Made by a program: the position numbers and the translations under genes. Of a stretch of DNA of 64,000 nt, positions 37,121 to 49,350 are shown one piece after another. The first letter of the stretch is position 1. Every line of letters begins with the position of its first letter. The notes below the pieces were generated by a model, which was not told the DNA's origin, ran no database searches, and was given only the letters and a program-made list of their open reading frames with translations. This stretch comes from Lama glama (lineage: Eukaryota), in NCBI GenBank assembly GCA_028534125.1, contig CM052818.1, positions 25,236,001-25,300,000 of the forward strand. Reading direction: 5' to 3'.

Positions 37121-38470
37121 GAGATGTTGTGCTTTGACAGTTAACTATAGAAAGAACGAACACTACCACTGCAACATTAACGGATGCTTGAAGCTGTACA
37201 AAAGCTGCAGTAACCTGGCTTCAGTTACTTGTAATTTATTGTGGCATGAGACAAGAGGGGAAATTGTGTGCTTTAAGTGGTATGGATATATTTAGCATAC
37301 TGAACCACACAAGTGCTTATTCGTTGTTATGTAATCTTTGTATATACAGGCAGTAATTTTTCTGTGAAACTTCATATTGCTGAAGACATACACTAAGAAT
37401 TTATGTAGATAATGTACTTTTATGAGATGTACAAGTAAGTGTCTTATCTGTACAGATGTAAATGTTGATGAAAATGCAATTGGGATTAATATTTTAAGAA
37501 TTCTTTAGTATATTCTTGGGTGTGGCTATATTACAAAATGGGATGCTGGCAATGAAACAGTACATTTAACACTATTGTATTTTTATTATATGTAATTTAG
37601 TAATACAAAGATAAATCTTGTAACTTTTAAAATTGTAACAGAGGCTGTAATCATTTTATAATCTTGTTTTTAATTTTAATGCAAGTACACTGGTGTGTTT
37701 ATATTTGCACAAAGTATTGATATGTGATGTATTAAGTCACAAAAGTAAGCTGTGACATTGTCAATGTGCATTCAGCTCCACAACATCTTTTTTAAATGTA
37801 TTTGGATTGTTTTCTACGTGAAGCAAACCAATTAACCCTCTGTCGTAGTAACTGGTCTTTTTATATTTAAGCAGAATCCTGTAAGATGGCTTGTCTGTGC
37901 TTAAAAACAATACCTTTGGGAAATTTTTGAATCACAGAATAGCGGTACCGTGATGTAACACTGCAGTTGTTGGCCGAGTTACAGTATGCACAAAGTATAA
38001 GCATATTAGAGAGTCCACACTAAACATTTCATATAATCACTTTAAAGAACTATGACATTCCATAGAGTGAAGTGGTTCAAATTTCTAGTGGAATTTTTAC
38101 TTTTGTTGGCCTTATTTTATGATCATTTTCATGTTTCTTTTGATTTAGAATATTTAACACATGGCCAAAATAATTTAGTTACTACCTCATATAAACAATG
38201 TAATGGTTACTACACATCACAGGAACTTGGTTTTGGTTAAAGTCATTTTTGATTGCTTTTTTCCAGTGGAATATGTATATACCAAGTTTTAGCAAAATGC
38301 ACACTTTTGGCTCTTTTTTGGTATATGTTCTTTATATTTTAATGTGAGTATATACACTAAGAACAAACTAAATTGTGATTTAATGGTCTTCATTTATTTT
38401 AATTGACAATGCTTTTAAATATGTTCATGATTGTACATAGTGTAAAATAAACATGTTTTTTAACATGCTG
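37121..38470 (+). other. MAP4K3: MAP4K3 3'UTR (AU-rich; 3' end approximate)
   Basis: Repeat-free AT-rich sequence from the stop codon to ~15-20 nt past AATAAA; contains miRNA seed matches and PUM elements. Confidence 0.8.
38446..38451 (+). terminator. polyadenylation signal AATAAA of MAP4K3
   Basis: AATAAA preceded by TGTA elements (38432, 38441) and followed by T/GT-rich sequence. Confidence 0.8.
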
Positions 38471-38731
38471 TTGTATAGTAGCTCGTCATCTGGCTTAATC
38501 TGTATATAGTGAGACTAAAACATATTAAGGAGAAAATTTTTTTAATTATTCTGCATTAAATCCTTAGGTGACCATTCTGATCCCTCAGCTCATGAAATTT
38601 TTATTCAATCTGTTCATCTCAATTTCATAAAGGACTGATATTCCCTCATTTGAGAAAAGGGCATCTTTTGTAGAATCTTCAACTTCCTGATCAGGAAAAT
38701 CAGTAAAACATTCGTAACCTTTTGGTTAGAG

Positions 38732-38937
38732 CAGGGATTGGCAAACTGCATTCCTCAGCCCAATCCTATTCAATGCCTATTTTTATAAATAAATTTTACT
38801 GGGAAACATACTCATTTACACGTTGTCTGTATAGCTGCTTTTGCCAAAAATACAGTTTTCCCAAATAAACTGTATGGCCCACAGAGCCTAAAATACTTAC
38901 CATCTGCCCCTTTATGGACAGAGTTTGCTGCTTCCTG
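38732..38937. mobile_element. MER58A-like hAT MITE
   Basis: cagggattggcaaact ... agtttgctgcttcctg TIRs; TSD ggttagag / ggtcggag. Confidence 0.78.
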
Positions 38938-39479
38938 GGTCGGAGAACAGAAGGGAGAGTGTTGGGAATGCAGTTCCGGAGGCCGGAGAGGGGACGATTC
39001 GGTGGGAAGAACTGTGCTGGGAGCAAGAGGTGGCGTTTCTACTCCTGTGAATGCTCCTGCCTGTTGTTGCCACCTTGGGTGACTGACTTGACTCCAGAAC
39101 AGTTTCTTTATGTAAAACTGTGACTTCTAAATCACACAGATGTTAATAGTCATAGCAGTTGTGTACATTTATCACTTTTCCCAAATACATTGTGACTAAT
39201 CTTAACATTAATAACTGAATAATGATTTTCAAAAACACGTCTTTTATCAGTATAACATCATCATCAGTTTGTTGAAAAAACAGAGGCTCGTGGAAAAGGT
39301 TTTTGAGAAATCAGTATTCTATCCTTGCCATTTATTGACAACATTGTTGATCCTTTTTCTGGGCCACTGCTTTTTTCTAGTGTCTAAGTCCCATAAATTA
39401 TATAAAGGGTCACATCGCAAAACACTAAACCATCACGTTTAACTGTCAAGCATTTCAAAATATTTACAGAAAATAAAGT

Positions 39480-39750
39480 ACACAACTGGTTGTGTGTTAC
39501 ACATGGGCTTTTTAAAACTACTGACCCCTGGAATCAATTTTTGAGGATGAGGCCCAGTAACCTGTATTTTTATGAAGTTGTACAAATGATTCTGATATGC
39601 AGCCCTCCGTGAGAACCACTGGCCCGACACTGAATTTAAACCAGTGTTTCTGAGTGTGGTCCAAGTACCACCTGCCTCAGAAAGAAGAATCTTTGATAAC
39701 ACATAAAAATGGAGATTTGGGGGCTCCACCCAGTAACTTTTGATTGAGGC
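39480..39750. mobile_element. adjacent MER5-family MITE remnants
   Basis: tgattctgatatgcagccctccgtgagaaccactg and cagtgtttctgagtgtggtcc. Confidence 0.6.
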
Positions 39751-40069
39751 CCTTTATTCACTCAAAAGGAAGAGAACTACTAACTGAAATGTTGGAAACA
39801 AACGATTTCATCTTCACTGAAATTCAAAACTGTCTATCTTGTTAGCTAGTTTCTTAGACGGTGTTAAGAAGAATGAAATCAGTTGTTCCTGGGCCTGTTG
39901 GCATCATTCATCTAGCAAGTGGATCACTGATTTCAGTAGAGACAAGGAAATAAAGGACAGGTATCAGTTTTCACCATTACTAGAAGGAAGGTGGAGGGAA
40001 GTGTGCTATATGAAATAATGGGTAGACATTAAGAGTATTACTTGAGGAGACATAGTAACAGGAAGTGCC

Positions 40070-40290
40070 CAGTGCACGTATCTGTGTGCCAGGTGCTATT
40101 CCATGTGCTAAATTTACATAGATTGTCCTAGTGAGGTGCCAGAACAGCCCAGTGAGGGAGGAATTGTTAATGCCACTTTAGAGATGAAACTAGGGCAACA
40201 CAAAGGTTAAATAACTTGCCCAAGAATATAGCTGGTAAGTAGTAGAGCTAAGATTTGAACCTAGGCACTTAGTTCAAGGTGTATATTCTT
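40070..40290 (-). mobile_element. MIR SINE
   Basis: aggttaaataacttgcccaag...gatttgaacctagg. Confidence 0.72.
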
Positions 40291-41650
40291 AACTACTGTA
40301 CCAGACTGTAGTACCCAGAATATATACAGTATATCTACTACCCTCGGAAATACATTCTAGCATTGCTCCCCTGCAATTAGACTTACTTTCTCCAGGAATT
40401 GGATTTCAAATTCTGATTTTCACTGTCTCTTTGCAGCAAAAGAGAAATTAACTTTCTGCATTAATTGTTTGCATTTTCTTTATTCAGTGTGTTTTTATGT
40501 AAGAATAAAAAGATTTGCATATAATTAATTTTACAGTTAAAGCTTATGAAATAAGTCTAGTCAAAACTCATTACAAAGACTTTTTTTTTCTTTTTTTTTT
40601 TAATTCTTGTGAAGTAATTATTTAACCAATATGCATTGATTACTTACAATGGATTAAGGCACTTTACTGGCACTGGGGAAAAGATGGAAAAGGCATCATT
40701 CCCAGTATTCCAGGAGCATGCTTGGATGAATAAAGATAAATTTAAGGAAAGGTACAAAAGGCTGTGCCTAATTCTGCTTTGGGAAAAGGAAAACCTTTGT
40801 GTAGAACATTATATATAAACCAAGCTGTTGATAGATGAAGAGGAGTTTATCGAGTGCAGAAAAAAATCAAGGTAGGGAGCTGTGGCTAGACTAAGCCATA
40901 TGCAAAAATACTGCATGTTCAAGGAAAAGTGATGCTAAATGCAGCTGAGCTTAAGGTGTGTAGAGCAGAGTAACAAGGCCTGAAGCTAGAAAAAAAGGAT
41001 GGGCCTCATTGCGAAGAGCTTCCTAATGAGAAAAGTAGATCCCGTAGTCAACAGTTAAAGAAACTGCAGGGATCAGGTTCCATGAAGATGAAAATAGCCA
41101 TTGGGTTTGTACCTAAGGTGATGGCTTGGATCCTTACTGAGAAAATTATCTATGTAGCATGATGAGGGCAAAGATGATAAGAGAAATAAGTTGACGTGAG
41201 TTTATGTAAATTTGAGTTTAGTGGGAGTTATGTTTGGTCTTGAAAGAGGAAGGAGATAAAGGTTACTGGTTTGGTTTTGTTTCTGAAGGTGGGAAATTAA
41301 AGCATATTTCTAAGCACATGAAGGAAGTGGAGAACTGAAGATGAGAAAAGGTCTCTGCCCAGGCAGGGAAATGGACTAACATCAACGTTTACAAGGGCTT
41401 AATCTTTGTGCTCCTGAGGCCTTGGAAAGGAACAGTGTTATGGAAAAGCAGTTAAAACGTTTCCCGAGTGCCTCCTTCAAGGCATCTTGAAAGGGTTCTC
41501 CGAGGAGAGATCGCTGCCGTGTCCACACTTCAGGGCTCAGCCCAAAGATGAGCCACCGAGATGCTGAGCCGGGCGCGCGGGCTTCCCCTGCGGTGGGTGC
41601 CAGGGGAACCCGCTCCGGAAGCCGCGGGGCCCGCGCGGCCCGAGCGTCCG

Positions 41651-41664
41651 GTTGCCCGGGAGAC
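41651..41664. promoter_or_regulatory. RFX X-box
   Basis: GTTGCC-CG-GGAGAC fits GTYNCC-NN-GGNRAC. Confidence 0.55.
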
Positions 41665-41793
41665 GCCGCGGCGGGGGCGCTCCGGAGTCGCTGCGCCGCT
41701 GGCTGGCTGCGTCCCGCGCCCCGCGCCGGAGTCGGGGCCGCCGGGGCTGCTCGGGGCTGCTCGGGGCTGCGTCGCCGTCGCCGCGTCCGCGCC
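41660..41793 (+). other. CDKL4: probable non-coding first exon of CDKL4 (start unknown)
   Basis: Donor GCC|gtaagt at 41793/41794 inside the CpG island, followed by a G-rich intron start; the ATG exon has its own acceptor, so an upstream exon is needed. Confidence 0.6.
41732..41770 (+). repeat. ~4 copies of 10-mer YCGGGGCYGC
   Basis: tcggggccg ccggggctgc tcggggctgc tcggggctgc. Confidence 0.85.
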
Positions 41794-42147
41794 GTAAGTG
41801 CGGGTGCCGCCGGCGGCGGGCGGGGGCCGGGTGGAAGCGGGTCGGCGCGGGGGATTGGAGAGAGAAGTGGAGTGTGGATGGAGGCTCCTAGAAAAGGCTC
41901 CTGAGAGAAGGGGAGCGCGAAAGTCTTCCCCTTCGGCGGCCTCTGGCGGGACAGGCAGGGGTGGGGGCGAGGGGCAAAAGGTGAAGAGTGGCTCCCGCCG
42001 GAAAAACGACCCTCCCGGTGCGGCCTCCCGGGGGCTGGAGGGAGGCGCCGCCCTGGGGAGGCGAGCGAGGGCGCATCTGCACTTTGGGGAACCCATGTGG
42101 TGTGGCGAAGCTGGGCTGTCATTAAACGTATAGTCAAGACTAGTTTA

Positions 42148-42276
42148 AGGGGCAGGGTATAGCTGGGTGGTAGAGTGCACACCTAGCATGCACAAGGTCC
42201 TGGTACCTCCATCGAAATAAATAAATACCTAATTACCTCCCCCAAAACAACAAGGACAAAACAAACAACAAACAAA
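42148..42276 (+). mobile_element. Vic-1-like SINE lacking the B box, at the edge of the CpG island
   Basis: TSD aagactagttta (42136-42147) / aagaccagttta (42277-42288). Confidence 0.85.
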
Positions 42277-43769
42277 AAGACCAGTTTAGAGGCTTGGAAA
42301 TAAAATGGATTATGCCAGACTTATAAATCTGTCCTGTGTACACAAGACAGGTGAGGTTTTTAAACAAAATTAGCTTCTTGGATTATGAAAAGTGTATGGC
42401 CTTCTGGTTTTCTGGGGATGCTTTTAATTAATCCAATTGTACTATAACCAAGACAAGTTTATAAAGAGATGTGTGTACTTTTAAAGTTCTGCAATTAGGT
42501 ATTATGTTTGTAAGACAGATGGAGGATTGTCTTACAGCCCATTTTCCTGGTCCATTTTATTAAAGATAAATGTATGTTTGTTGCATTGGAAACAATAACA
42601 ACACAGCAGATTATGACTTTTAGCCTGTAGAATCCACAGCGGGGAAACCTCATTCCTAACGCCACTATTTTACACGAGTTGCCTATAAACTTTTAGATTA
42701 GGCAGTTAATGTGTTTTTTTGCCCTATTTCCTCTTCCCTACTTAATTTTGCTCTTCTTCTGTCAGTGTATTCTTTAAAGACTTGCTCAAGCCCTCATGAC
42801 CTGCTTTGTGATACAATCGTGGAATATAATCTTCCTCCAAGTGTTTTCTCCGTGTCTATGTGCATCCTTTTTCAAATCCTCAAGACCAAAGCAGTTCAAT
42901 AGAAAATTTTCAAGGAATTTAATGATCCGCTCAAGTATCTATCTGTTTATCTTTGTATATTCACCAACTGGCCCAAGTCTATGCCTGTTTTTGCTTCCCT
43001 TTGTACACAGAACATTGTTAACAGTCAAATATTTGGTAAATTCTCAAGTCAGGAGTCCCTGTAGCCAAGAGGTACATAGGTTCAGATTGAAGGTCACTAA
43101 TTACTGTGAAAAATACTTTAAGCCAATTGCATCTATTCCCTGCCAATAGCTAACTCACAGTTTAATCTTGATTTCCTGCCCAGGTTACTATATTAACAAG
43201 CAGAATGTAATGATTGCCTTTGCTTAACAAAGAAAGTCATTCTGCATATTTTGTAGAAAAGCTAGAGAATAAAATTATGGCAGGACTACAACAGACAGGC
43301 TGAGCACCTACTGTGTGCCAGACTATGGGCAAACAGTAGAAGTCAGGTGTGATGAATAATGTGTGAAAAAGGAGCAGGGGGAGGGGGGGGAGTTGTTAAC
43401 TCAGTATGTGTGCAGAGAGAGAGCTTGCCTTTGGGGATGGGGAAGGCTAAGTAGAAAAGACTGTTTGAGTTGAACAACAAAGGATTTCGGGGTCAAACCT
43501 TCCAAGCAGGGGTGTAAACAGAGACTGAGAGATCTGAAAGTGTTTGGGGAAGAATCTGAGAAGCCGTGCAGGAAAGGTTCACTGAGACCAGGATGGAAAG
43601 GCCTGTAAACATCATACCACAGTTTGAACTTTCTTCTGAGGCCACACACATTTTTGAGGGAGGACAATATCTGATTATATTGATGTTTAAGAAAGATATT
43701 TTTGGTGTAAGTGAAGTAGATATACAGGAAAAAAAGCGAGTTGAGACACTTTAGTCCCACTATATATGG

Positions 43770-46130
43770 GTTTTAAAAATAGCTCAATTTTTATATAATT
43801 TCAAACCTGCAAGAATAGTACAGGGAACTCCCATACATCTATATTCATTCGTTATTTAAATTTTACTCCATTTATTTTATCATTTCCTTTCTACCTCTCT
43901 TTGTATATATATGTATATGCATATTAATCTTTCTGTACCATTTGAGAGTAACTTGCAGACATCATATCCGTTTCCCTTAAGTGGTTCAGTGTATATGTCC
44001 TAAGAATCAGGACATAAGCACAGTACAGATTACCAAAATCAGGAAACTTGGTATCTGATCCACCGTCAGTATTTAGGTTTTGCCAGTTATCCCAGTATGA
44101 TTTTTTAATAGTTACTCTTCCCCGTTCCAGGGTCCAATTCAGGGATCAGGCATTACATTGTGTTTTCACATCTCTTCAGTCTCCTTCAGTCTGGAATCGT
44201 ACTTTGACCTTTGTCTTTCAGGACCTTGATATTTTTTAAGAACACAGGCCCATTATTTGTAGAATGGCCCTCAATTTGACTTTGTCTGCTGTTTCCTCAT
44301 AATTAGATTCAGGTTTTGCATTTTTGGCAAAAATATCACAGAGGTGATGCTCTGTCCTTCTCAGTGAGTTAATTCTGATATATTGTATGAGGTAGCTATC
44401 TTAAGTTTTTTTGTTTTTAATCCTTGTTTTTTTGCATATGGATACCCAGCCGTCCTAGCGCTGTTTGATGAAAAAGATATTTTCCTTATTGAATTGCCTT
44501 GGCATCGTTGCCAAAATCAATTGATCATTAATCAAGGGGTTTATTTCTTGACTCGCTCTTTTGTTCCACTGATATATATGTCTGTCCTTAAGCCAATATC
44601 ATTACTCCCTTAATATACCGTAACTTTGTAGTAAAATTTGAAGTCAGGTGATGATAAGTTTTCCAAGTTTATCCGTACTCCAAGTTGTTTTGGCTCTTCT
44701 GGGTCCTGTGCATTTCCATATAAATCTTAGGTTCATCTTGTCGACTTCTACCCCCCAAAAAAGCCTATTTTTTAATAGAGGTTCAATTTGATCTATAGAT
44801 GAATTTATGGAGAACTGACATCTTGCTGAGTTTTCCTATCCATGACCATGGCATTTCTCTCCTTTTCTTTAAACCTGTTTTAATTCCTCTCGGCCGTGCT
44901 TTAATTTCCTGTGGACAGGTCTTGCACTTCACTTTTTAAATTTTGTCCCTAAATATGTGATTCTCCTGATGTTACTGTGAGTGGAGTGTTTTTATTTTTA
45001 ATTTCATTTTCAAATTGTTTGTTACCAGTATGTAAAAATACAATTTTTTATTGTATTCTGACCTTGGATCCTACTACATTGCACATTTGTTCATTAGTTA
45101 CAGCATTTTTTTGTAGACTCATTAGGATTTTCTACACACAGTAGCATACCATTTCCAAATAATAGTGGTTTTTCTTTCCATTCCCAATCTATATACCTGT
45201 AGTTTCTTTTACTTGACTTACTGCACTGGTGAGAACTTCCAAAACAATGTTAAATAGAAGTGAAAGCAAACATTTTTTCCCCCAATCTTAGGGGAGATAC
45301 ATTCAGTCTTTCACCATTAAGCATGATGCCAACTGTAGATTTTTCATAGATCTGCCCTGTAAGAAGTTTCCTCTTATTACTAGTCTGTTGAGATTTTTAT
45401 TGTGAATGGGTGTTGAGTTTTATCAAATCCTTTTTTTATATCTGCTAAGATGATCATGTCCTTTGTCTTTTATTCTGTTAATATGGTGTTTTACGTTATT
45501 GATTCTCAGGTATTATAGTAAGCTTGCATTCCTGGGATAAATCTGTCATAGACATGATGTATATCCGTTTTATACGTTTATGCTAATTATTCTGTTGAGG
45601 ATTCTTGTGTCTATATTAATGAGAATAATGGTCTGTAGTTCTTTGTGTGATTTCTTTGTCTGACTTGGTTATCAGGGTAGTACTGGCCTTATAGAATTAG
45701 TTGGGAAATGTTCTTCCCTCTTCTGTTTTTTAGAACAGTTTGTGAAGGATTGGTATCAATTCTTTGAATTTTTTATAGAATTTCTCTCTGAAGCCATCTG
45801 AGCCTGGGCTTTTCTTCATGGGTAGATTTTAATTACCAATTCAGTTTCTTTATTTTTTATTATGGGTGTAATAAGATTTTCTATTTTTCCTCTAGTCAGT
45901 TTGGTATTTTGTGTCTTTTTAGGCATTGGTTCAACAAAGTAGTTTAATTTGGTTGCATAAAGTTGTTCATAATATTCTCTTTTTACCTTTTTAATTTCTG
46001 TAGAGTGGTCCTGATTTTGGTAATTTTTCTTTCTTTTTTCTTAGTCAGTCTAGATAAAGATTCAATAATTTTGTTGATGTTTTTCAAGAACCATTTTTTT
46101 TTGCTTTATTGATTTTTTGCTATTATTTTT
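43770..46130 (-). mobile_element. old L1 (L1MC-like 3' end plus ORF2 segment)
   Basis: L1MC-type 3'UTR motifs followed by antisense ORF2 motifs (aatgttaaatagaagtgaaagc, ttcaccattaagcatgat, gaagccatctgagcctgg). Confidence 0.8.
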
Positions 46131-46200
46131 CTGATGAGAAATCAGACGTTAATCATATTGCTGTTCCCTTGTCTGTGAGTAGTTCTCTCTCACTGTTTTT

Positions 46201-47000
46201 TGGTTGGTTGGTTGGTTGGTTTTGGTTTTGGGGTTTTGCGGGGTTTTTTTATTGAAGTATAGTCAGTTTACAATGTTGTGTCAGTTTCTGGTGTACAGCA
46301 TAATAGTTCAGTCATACACATACATACATATATTCATTTGTATATTCTTCATTATGGATTACTGCAAGATACTGAATATAGTTTCTGTGCTATATGGTAT
46401 AAACTTATTGTATATCTATTTTATATATAGTAGTTGGTATCTGCAAATCTCAAAATCCTAATTTATCCCTTCCCTGCCTGGTAACCGTAAGTTTGTTTTC
46501 TATGTCTGAGTCTGATTCTGTTTTGTAAATAAGTTCATAAGTTCATTTGTCTTTTTAGATTCCATATATGAGTGATATCATATGGTATTTTTCTTTCTCT
46601 TTCTGACTTACTTCACTTAGAATGACGATTTCCAGGTCCATCTGTGTTACTGAAAATGGCATTATTTTATTATTTTTTGTGTCTGAGTAGAATTCCATTG
46701 TATAGATATACCACAGCTTCTTTATCCAGTCCTCTGTTGATGGGCAGTTAGGTTGTTTCCATGTCTTGGCTATTGTATGTAGTGTTGCTATGAACATTGG
46801 GGTACATACGTCTTTTTGAATTAAAGGTCCCTCTAGATATATGCCCAGGAGTGGGATTGCTGGATCATATGGTAAGTCTGTTTTTAGTCGTTTGAGGAGT
46901 CTCCATACTGTTTTCCACAGTGGCTGCACCAAACTGCATTCCCACCAGCAGTGTAGGAAGGTCCCCCTTTCTCCACACCCTCTCCAGCATTTATTGTTTG
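46201..47000 (-). mobile_element. younger 5'-truncated L1 nested in an older L1
   Basis: Open ORF2 C-terminus 46555..46932(-); A-rich tail; TSD tctctcactgttttt / tctctcactggtttt. Confidence 0.9.
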
Positions 47001-48650
47001 TCTCTCACTGGTTTTCAGATATTCTTTTACGTTTTCAGCAGCTTGGCTGTGATATATCCACTTACTGATCTCTTTGTGTTTATCCTGTTTTGGGGATTTG
47101 TTAAACTTACTGAATCTGTAGATTAATGTTTTCCATTAGGTTTGGAGAGTTTTTGGCCATGACGTCTTCAAATTTTTTTTCTGCCCCTTTTTTTCACTCC
47201 CCTAATTCTGAGAATCTCACTCCATGTAAGTTGGTACTGTTGATTTTGTCCTGCAGGTCTCTGAGGCGCTGTTCATCTGCAGTATTTTTCCTTCATTGGT
47301 CACTTTCTAGCCATCTGTTTTCAGACTCACTGATTCTGTCTCCTGTCATCTCAAATCTTCTGTTGATTCCATCTGGTGAATTTTTCATTTCAGTTGTATT
47401 TTTTTTAATCTAATATTTCCATTTGGTTCTTTTTTATACTTTTCATTATTGTGATGAGATTCCCTATTTATTGAGTTATCGTGTTTTCCTTTAATTCTTT
47501 AAATTATCATTTAAATTTATTTGAATATACTTCTAACAGCTGTTTTTGAAGTCTGTCAGCAAAATCCAATACCTGGATCCACTCAGAATTCATTTCTCTT
47601 GACTTCCCCTGAGTATTGGTCACAATTTCCTTTTTCTTAGCATGCCTTATAATTTTTTATTGAAAATTGGACATTTTGGATAATATGTTATCCAGAAATT
47701 CTAGATTCTGATTTTTCTCCCCTGAGGGTTTTTTTTTAATGGGCTGTTTTTTGTTTTTGCAACCTGCCGGTATCCTAGGATCTGTCTCCTCCCAAGTGTC
47801 TGCTCAGTTTTATTTTCTCACCCTGGCTTTTGCAGAAGTCACCACTGTCTGCATAGCTTGGCAGTCACCAGTAGTTTGAGCAGTGCTGGTACTCAGACAT
47901 AAGCCTTTCACTCTCTTCCAGGGGATCAGCGTGTGGTTGGGGAGCACATTCAAAATTCAGCCCGTCCTCAGACCTGGCCAGCGTTGACTTTCCTCTAGGC
48001 CTTCTCAGGTCTTCCCCAGGTGTGCCTGCAGCTTCCCAGTTAGCCAGAGATGTGTGGAAAGCTGATCTCACCTTTCTATGGTTCTTTCATTTTTAGGATC
48101 TTCCCATAAATTTCTGGCTAATCTACACCTCACCCCAACTGGACCACATTCTCAGGCTTACAAACCTGTTTCCTTTCCCATTTGTTTCATACTGAATTGG
48201 TAGGAATTTTACTGACATAATTGTCACAGGTTTTCAGCCTCTGAGCCATATCAGAGACATCCCCCAGAAGTAAGGCTGCTGGCCTGGCCAGCCCACCACT
48301 ACACCTGCTGGTCACACCACTACACCTGCTGAGCCGGGGGACAGAGGAGAGGATGGATGGCAACAGCCTCGGGCAAGAAACCACAGACCCACTGCTCTTA
48401 AGTGGAGTTCTAGCAGCTTATCACAAATAAATGCTTCTCCAGTTGTTTGTTTTTTTTGTTTTTTTTTTTTGTTTGTTTGTTTGTTTTTGCTTTTGCTTGA
48501 TTTCCAGATCCTGAAAATTGTTGGTTTGGAGTTTGGTTGGTTGGTTGGTTGCTTTTTTTTTTTTTTTTTTTTTGGACAAAATTTTCCTTAGTCTTATGCT
48601 TGTGTTTTAGGAAAAGGACTTGCCCATCTCTTTACCCTACCCTAGTCAAA
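47001..48650 (-). mobile_element. old L1 ORF1/5' region (continues from ~46130)
   Basis: T-rich antisense ORF1-like motifs (ctgcaggtctctgaggcgctgttc, ccatctggtgaatttttcatttcag). Confidence 0.65.
48442..48573. repeat. low-complexity (TTTG)n/(GGTT)n/poly-T
   Basis: Direct reading. Confidence 0.85.
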
Positions 48651-48729
48651 GTCTGACCCCTTGTGCTTTTTCATGGGATTTTTTGAAAACATAACTTTCT
48701 CCACTTCCTGTACTGAAACCAGTCTAAAT

Positions 48730-49350
48730 TCTCAATCTCTAATTGGGCAAATTTTGGTAGACTCTATTTTCCTAGGAAATTATCCATTTCATCTAGGTTT
48801 TCAAATTCATCTGCATAGATGCCTGCAAAGTAGTCTCAAGAATAAAAAAAAAAAGTCTTCTGTTTTGATGGTTACTCCCTCTTGTCATTTCTTACTTTAC
48901 ATATTGTTTTTCCTTTTTTCCTTCAGTAAGTTAGTTAACGATTTGTCTATTTTAAATTTTTCCGGGAACCAGGATTTTGGTTTACTAATTAGATTTACTA
49001 TTTTTTGTATTCTCTGCTTTACTAATTTCTGTTTCAGTTTCATTATTTACTTTCTTATGCTTTCCTTTGGTTTATTTTTTAGTTCTTTTTCTTTATGATT
49101 TTTCAAGATCCCACCCCCCTCCTGTCTTTGCTCTCTGCAAAAGTTTACAATGGCAGCTTCAGAGATACCTCTTCCAAAATCGGGGGTTTACTTTTCTATA
49201 TAAGTTCGTAGACTTCTCTGTCCTTGTGATGTTGAAGGCATTGGTTTTGTGCAGTTTTATTGTTCTAGTTGACTTCTGTGGCTTTGTGAAACAGATATGA
49301 AGAGAGGTTCTATTTAAGGGACTGCCACTATCCTTGGCTACTTCAGAGTT
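48730..49350 (-). mobile_element. old L1-like fragments
   Basis: ttcctaggaaattatccatttcatctaggttttcaaatt; ttttccgggaaccaggattttgg. Confidence 0.55.

Larger units (their letters stand above)
41510..42110. promoter_or_regulatory. CDKL4: CpG island / probable CDKL4 promoter
   Basis: Abrupt very GC- and CpG-rich block in AT-rich surroundings; GC boxes, ETS-like CCGGAAG (41615), X-box (41651). Confidence 0.88.

Noticed and set aside
41382..42182. Long overlapping ORFs (266, 188, 118 aa) on both strands
   Set aside because: Pro/Arg/Ala/Gly-rich by-products of a stop-poor CpG island; the 266-aa ORF begins in a SINE; no recognisable domain.
46555..46932. 125-aa ORF as a host gene
   Set aside because: It is the L1 ORF2 C-terminus within a TSD-flanked insertion.
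48294..48331. 17-nt direct repeat caccactacacctgctg x2
   Set aside because: Simple local duplication inside a decayed L1 5' region; not an array.
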